Assembly (NCBI GenBank): GCA_044070495.1
Contig: JBIPSI010000001.1
Location: 32,001-96,000 of the forward strand
From: Spirulina sp.
Lineage (GTDB): Bacteria > Cyanobacteriota > Cyanobacteriia > Phormidesmidales > Phormidesmidaceae
DNA: 64,000 nt
Direction: 5' to 3'
Numbering within the stretch: the first letter of the stretch is position 1; each line of letters opens with the position of its first letter. Made by a program: the position numbers and the translations under genes. Shown here piece by piece: positions 59,569-64,000 of the stretch. Under the pieces are notes generated by a model, which was not told the DNA's origin, searched no databases, and saw nothing but the letters and a program-made list of their open reading frames with translations.

Positions 59569-59717
59569 GCCAGCGCCCCTTTCCTCCGCAAAATCCCCGA
59601 ATCCTCGGCCATTGTAACCAAAATGTTAAGGAACCTATATTGAGGACGCGGCTCGATTGGGAACCTCTCTAGAAGGTCGCAGCGTATCTACGTCAGCGAT
59701 GGGTCAGGCAATCAGGA

Positions 59718-60623
59718 TTATGGGACTTGGGTTTGGTAGAGTTGGCTAGCCAGCGTTAAGAGGGTCTCTCGATCCGTCACCCGATCTCGCCAAGATTGGG
59801 GAATGCCGCTGAGGCCATAGTAGGCTCCGGCCAGTTGGCCACAGATGGCGGCGGTGGTGTCGGCGTCGTCCCCCAGATTGACGGCGGCGAGGATGGCCTC
59901 GGCGTAGGTTGTCGTTCTCCAAAAGCACCAGAGGGCAGCCGTGAGGCTTTCCACCACATAGCCACTGCCGCGAATTTGGTGGATATCCAGGTTTTGATAC
60001 TGGCCCGCCGCGATAGTTTGGAGGGTGTCCGTTTCCAAACCCAGATCGTCGTGGTTTGTCAGGATTTCTTCTCGATCAGCCCCGGCCAAGGCTCGCGCCA
60101 GCATCGTCCCGAATAGCCGACTGGCCTCAATACATTCCTGGGCGGCGTGGGTGGTGCGAGAGCTTTCCCCCGAAAACCACACCACTTTGGCGACATCGGG
60201 ATAGTAGAACATCGGCACCGGGGCCAGCCGCATCAAACAGCCATTGCCCGCCGACCGAGGATCGGTAGAGCCGCTGAAGGGTTCCCCCGTTTGCCGAAAC
60301 TGGCCCAAGGCTTGGCTGACGGTGTTGCCAATGTCAAAACAACGGCCCGTGCTGCTGAGGTAGCCCTCCTCCGCCCAGCGACCATAGCGCTGCATTTGAT
60401 CTAAGGGGTCAAAGCCGTCGCACTCCACCAGGCTCGTGGCCAAACACAGCGCCATGGAGGTGTCGTCCGTCCACTGGCCCGGTTCTAGGCCAAAGGGGCC
60501 ACCACCCACCATATCGGTCACGGGCGGAAAGCTGCCCCTGGGCCGAAATTCTACGGTGGTGCCCACGGCATCTCCCACCGCCAAACCGAGCAAGCAGCCT
60601 TGAAAGCGTTCTAGGGTTTCCAT
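59718..60623 (-). CDS. ADP-ribosylglycohydrolase family protein
   Basis: GLAVGDA.G, WTDDT, GNGCLMR, TH, GDDADTT. Confidence 0.93.
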   Translation of the reverse strand: METLERFQGCLLGLAVGDAVGTTVEFRPRGSFPPVTDMVGGGPFGLEPGQWTDDTSMALCLATSLVECDGFDPLDQMQRYGRWAEEGYLSSTGRCFDIGNTVSQALGQFRQTGEPFSGSTDPRSAGNGCLMRLAPVPMFYYPDVAKVVWFSGESSRTTHAAQECIEASRLFGTMLARALAGADREEILTNHDDLGLETDTLQTIAAGQYQNLDIHQIRGSGYVVESLTAALWCFWRTTTYAEAILAAVNLGDDADTTAAICGQLAGAYYGLSGIPQSWRDRVTDRETLLTLASQLYQTQVP

Positions 60624-60650
60624 GGGGGGTCTCTTTGTCAGTTCTGGTCT

Positions 60651-60826
60651 GGGGTGGTTGAAGGTGGGGTGGTTGAAGGTGGGGTGGTTGAAGGTGGGGT
60701 GGTTGAAGGTGGGGTGGTTAAAGGTGGGGTGGTTGAAGGTGGGGTGGTTGAAGGTGGGGTGGTTGAAGGTGGGGTGGTTGAAGGTGGGGTGGTTAAAGGT
60801 GGGGTGGTTAAAGGTGGGGTGGTTGA
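60651..60826. repeat. 15-bp G-rich tandem repeat, 11 full copies plus a partial
   Basis: (GGGGTGGTTRAAGGT)n. Confidence 0.95.
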
Positions 60827-60897
60827 GTTGCTAGGTGAGTTAAGGATCCAGTGTCTTCGAGCATATTGGCGTTCTCTGGATGGGCAGAACGTCGTGG

Positions 60898-61371
60898 CTA
60901 TTGGGCCTGTTGCCAGCCCGCGTAGCTGGGGGGGAAGCCCTCGACATTGTCATAGCCCAAAAGTCTGAGGGCCATCACCCCGATACCTGTGCGGTAGCCG
61001 GTTGAACAGTAGAGCATGACGGGTTGGTCGTGGGGCACCTGATCGAGATGTTGAGCCAGCCCTCGGAGGGGAAGGTTGATGGCCCCTGGGATGTGGCCGC
61101 TCCGATATTCAGAAGGCTCTCTCACATCGATAAAGAGCGTCTTGCCCTCGGCCACTTTGGCCTGAATCTTGGCTACATCCCGAACGCCGTAGAAGCCAGG
61201 AGGGATGTGCTGGAGAAAGTCATCCACCGCCATCTGAGGGGGCAAGGGACTGCTTTCAACCAAGGGGGCGGCCAGGGCTGGAGGACTGAGGATGACAACA
61301 CACCCCAGACATAGGACAACCAACAGCCATCGCTGGAGGAACTGAAAACAGCGAGACCACAGCATAGGCAC
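60898..61371 (-). CDS. Exported rhodanese-like protein
   Basis: Signal peptide; IDVREPSEY..GHIPGAIN, YCSTGYR. Confidence 0.88.
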   Translation of the reverse strand: MPMLWSRCFQFLQRWLLVVLCLGCVVILSPPALAAPLVESSPLPPQMAVDDFLQHIPPGFYGVRDVAKIQAKVAEGKTLFIDVREPSEYRSGHIPGAINLPLRGLAQHLDQVPHDQPVMLYCSTGYRTGIGVMALRLLGYDNVEGFPPSYAGWQQAQ

Positions 61372-61566
61372 TCACAGCGCAACATCCCTATCCTGCCCTC
61401 ATCCCCAGGCCATGACCAGGATTTTCTACAAAGGTTTACGGCCTAGGGCAGGGGTTGGGTCTCGCGATTTGGATCATGTAGGGGGCAGATCGCCTGACAT
61501 TTGGGCGGATTTGGATGCTTGCAGGTTTTGTCCGTCAACCAGGGGCGTGGTGGCAGTCTATTACCT

Positions 61567-63528
61567 CTAGGCCAAAAAGGGTGGAGCGGGGCAGTCCAAG
61601 ACCATGACGATGGCCCGCAGCAGTTCTCCTTCCTGGGGGGTGACGGTGTTGTCGGCGAGGACGGTGTGGGCGCAGGCATCGACGATGGCCTGTTTGAGCT
61701 TGGGGGTGGCCTGGTCTAGGGTGGCGAGGCTTTTGCCCAGGTCGGTGATTTTAACCGAGGGCAGGGCATCGGGGAGGGTTTGTTTTTTGGCACCGGGCAA
61801 CTGGTACAGGCCCGATTTGAGGGCATAGAAGGCGTCCTCTGGTTTGGTGTGCCCCATGCGAGCCAGCAGGCTGAGCAGGCTGACGGCCTCATTCCAGAGG
61901 GCATCGAGGCTGGTGATTTCTGAGGTGGAGGGGGCGGTGCCGGGGTCGCTGGTCAACCGTTTTCGCACAATGAGCTGAAGCACATACTCCGACAGCGACA
62001 GGCAACCGTCGGCCTTGATGAGAGCCTGGAGGGTGCTGAAAAACTGTTTTTTCTCCTCCACAGACAGCGGTTTGAGGGCGGGCATGGTGAGTTCTAGCAG
62101 GGGCAGGGTTTGGCGGCTATCCATCCCCTGCAAGGCGGGCCGATGGCCGATGGCTCGCTGGGCGCTGTCCTCTCCGTAGGCGGCGGCAATGCTTTGGGTT
62201 TGTTGGGACTGAACGGAGGGCTGGTCATCCAGCAGCAGCGCAAACACCACTTCCCTAGCGCTTTCGGGCTGGTGGAGGGCGGTTTTTAGGGCGGGGTCGA
62301 GATTGTTCAGGAAGTCTTGCACCTGGGCCAAGCGGCGACCGTCGATGGTGCCGATGGCGGCCATAAAGGCTTGGGGGGATGGGGCTTGGGGGAATGGGGC
62401 TTGAGCGGCTAAGGTTTGGGGAGAGCGTCCCTGAGCAGAGGAGGCCGCCGTGGCGGGGGCTTCGTTCAATCCCATCACCAAGCCCTCCGCCAAGGTGGAG
62501 GGATGGCTGGGGACGGTAACCTGGGCGAAATTGGGCACCTTCCCCAGGCGGCGGATGCGGTCTTGCAGGGGCGGATGGGTGGCAAACCAACTGCCGAACA
62601 TAGCCACACCGGGCAGGGCTTCCCCAAAGAACAGGTGGCTGGCTTCCTCGGCGGTGGGGGCCATAATTTTAGACCCGCCAGAAAGCTGCCCCAGCTTGGT
62701 CAAGGCTCCGGCTAAGCCATCGGGGTTGCGGGTAAACTGCACCGCCGAGGCATCGGCCAAAAATTCCCGCTGGCGAGACACGGCACTTTTAATCAACCGC
62801 CCACAAAGTAGCCCAATGCTGCCAATGACGGCCATGGACAGCCCTGCGATTAGGATAACGGCGACGCCCTTGTTGTCGCTATTGCTGCTGCGACGCCGAC
62901 CATAGCCAAAATCCCCGTAGCGCAGGATGAAGCGGCCCAGGATGTGAATCAACAACAGCCCTTGCAACACCCCAATTAGCTTTAGGTTCAGGCCCATATC
63001 GCCATGGACGATGTGGCTAAATTCGTGGCCAATCACCCCCTGCAATTCGTCGCGGCTGAGCTGGTCGAGACAACCTTTAGTCACACCAATGACCGCTGTT
63101 TCTGGCGAAAATCCGGCGGCAAAGGCATTGATACTGGATTCATGTTCCAACAGGTACACCGCAGGAATGGGCGTCCCCGCCGCCAGAGCCATTTCCGCCA
63201 CCACATTCAGCAGCCGTAGTTCGCCAGGGTCGTTGGTTTGAGGCGTGACCGCTCGTCCACCCAGGCTTTTGGCCAAGCCCGCGCCCCCTTCGCGCAGCGC
63301 CATCATCTTGCTGCCGCTGCCCGCCCCGATCACCGCTATGGTGCCTAGGGCTACGATCCCTAAAACCTCTGGCTGCCACCAGCTAAAGCCGCCCTCCACA
63401 TTGGCCCAAACGGTGAAAATTGCCACAAAATAAAAGGCCAGAATCATCAACCCCACCGACAACCCAAACAGGAACACCAGGTAGGTGGTGTTGCGACGGG
63501 CTTGGTCTTGGTGTTCAAAGAAATTCAT
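61567..63528 (-). CDS. M48 family (HtpX-like) zinc metalloprotease with C-terminal extension
   Basis: NAFAAG, HEFSH, SRQREFLADA, THPP...RI. Confidence 0.92.
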   Translation of the reverse strand: MNFFEHQDQARRNTTYLVFLFGLSVGLMILAFYFVAIFTVWANVEGGFSWWQPEVLGIVALGTIAVIGAGSGSKMMALREGGAGLAKSLGGRAVTPQTNDPGELRLLNVVAEMALAAGTPIPAVYLLEHESSINAFAAGFSPETAVIGVTKGCLDQLSRDELQGVIGHEFSHIVHGDMGLNLKLIGVLQGLLLIHILGRFILRYGDFGYGRRRSSNSDNKGVAVILIAGLSMAVIGSIGLLCGRLIKSAVSRQREFLADASAVQFTRNPDGLAGALTKLGQLSGGSKIMAPTAEEASHLFFGEALPGVAMFGSWFATHPPLQDRIRRLGKVPNFAQVTVPSHPSTLAEGLVMGLNEAPATAASSAQGRSPQTLAAQAPFPQAPSPQAFMAAIGTIDGRRLAQVQDFLNNLDPALKTALHQPESAREVVFALLLDDQPSVQSQQTQSIAAAYGEDSAQRAIGHRPALQGMDSRQTLPLLELTMPALKPLSVEEKKQFFSTLQALIKADGCLSLSEYVLQLIVRKRLTSDPGTAPSTSEITSLDALWNEAVSLLSLLARMGHTKPEDAFYALKSGLYQLPGAKKQTLPDALPSVKITDLGKSLATLDQATPKLKQAIVDACAHTVLADNTVTPQEGELLRAIVMVLDCPAPPFLA

Positions 63529-63584
63529 AATGCCCCAATGTAATGAGGAAACCTATTCACTACGGGACGTGTCTCAACAACGCT

Positions 63585-63687
63585 GTAGGGTGGGCCGTGC
63601 CCACCACAGGGAAAACCCATCGTGTCCCAAAAGCTGTAGGGAAAATCCACGATTTTTCACAGGCCGCAGGGTGGGTACGACCCACCA
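63585..63687. repeat. Tandem GTAG-type REP-like repeats
   Basis: GTAGGGTGGGCCGTGCCCACCA and GCAGGGTGGGTACGACCCACCA. Confidence 0.65.
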
Positions 63688-63733
63688 CAAAGGCAACCCA
63701 TAATATTTCACCCGTCTGCCGAGGCAAGCAGGA

Positions 63734-64000
63734 CTAACTAAAGGAAACCCTGGGCGCTTGCCGAACTTCTGGGGCCACTTCCTCTAAGAGTTCGGCGGGG
63801 CCAAAGTTGAAGGAACTGGCGATTAGGTTGCTGGGGAAGCTTTCGCGGGCCGTATTGTAGAAGGTGACGGCATCGTTAAAGGCTTGGCGGGCAAAGGAAA
63901 TCCGGTTTTCCGTGGAAGAGAGTTCCTCCATCAGTTGGCCCATATTTTGGTTGGCCTTCAGGTCGGGGTAGCTCTCTGAAAGGGCAAACAGTTTACCTAG
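63734..64000 (-). CDS. lemA: LemA family protein (start outside the window)
   Basis: ESYPDLKANQN...ELSSTENRISFARQAFND.V..YN...FPSNLIA. Confidence 0.92.
   Translation of the reverse strand, partial: LGKLFALSESYPDLKANQNMGQLMEELSSTENRISFARQAFNDAVTFYNTARESFPSNLIASSFNFGPAELLEEVAPEVRQAPRVSFS

Noticed and set aside
59718..60623. ADP-ribosylglycohydrolase as part of a toxin-immunity or DraT/DraG system
   Set aside because: No ADP-ribosyltransferase or nif gene nearby
60622..60968. ORFs of (KVGWL)n and (VVEGG)n, or a CRISPR array
   Set aside because: Products of a 15-bp tandem repeat; no unique spacers and no cas genes

Overview
GC-rich (roughly 58% by eye) chromosome segment of a cyanobacterium, probably a filamentous Leptolyngbya/Nodosilinea-like organism (psbX, ycf66, ftrV, cphB, Uma2, rbp). 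Most of 10.5-64 kb is housekeeping or conserved cyanobacterial content: GH13 amylase, tRNA-Arg(CCT), a two-component system, fni, pyrR, rluA-like, ubiA/plqA, M1P guanylyltransferase, ssb, sufE, mnmE, accC, tRNA-Leu(GAG), glmS, an M16 peptidase pair, cimA, cphB, trmD, an ADP-ribosylglycohydrolase, htpX-like and lemA. Many small dispersed repeats and some IS5 debris are scattered through it. The most unusual part is an apparently accessory minus-strand gene cluster at 1-8957. It encodes a membrane protein, an HdhA-like 7-alpha-HSDH, a second SDR, an alginate-export-type beta-barrel, a phosphoribulokinase resembling the methanogen type, a Yip1-like membrane protein and a >959-aa Ser-hydrolase/His-Cys domain fusion missed by the ORF track. 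Divergent from it is an OmpR-type regulator with a non-canonical receiver and a C-terminal PAS domain. A second candidate system is a two-component pair followed by an unannotated 57-aa secreted EF-hand microprotein that shares a promoter direct repeat with it. I saw no CRISPR array, rRNA or intact mobile element. All family assignments come from motif recognition and memory, not database searches.
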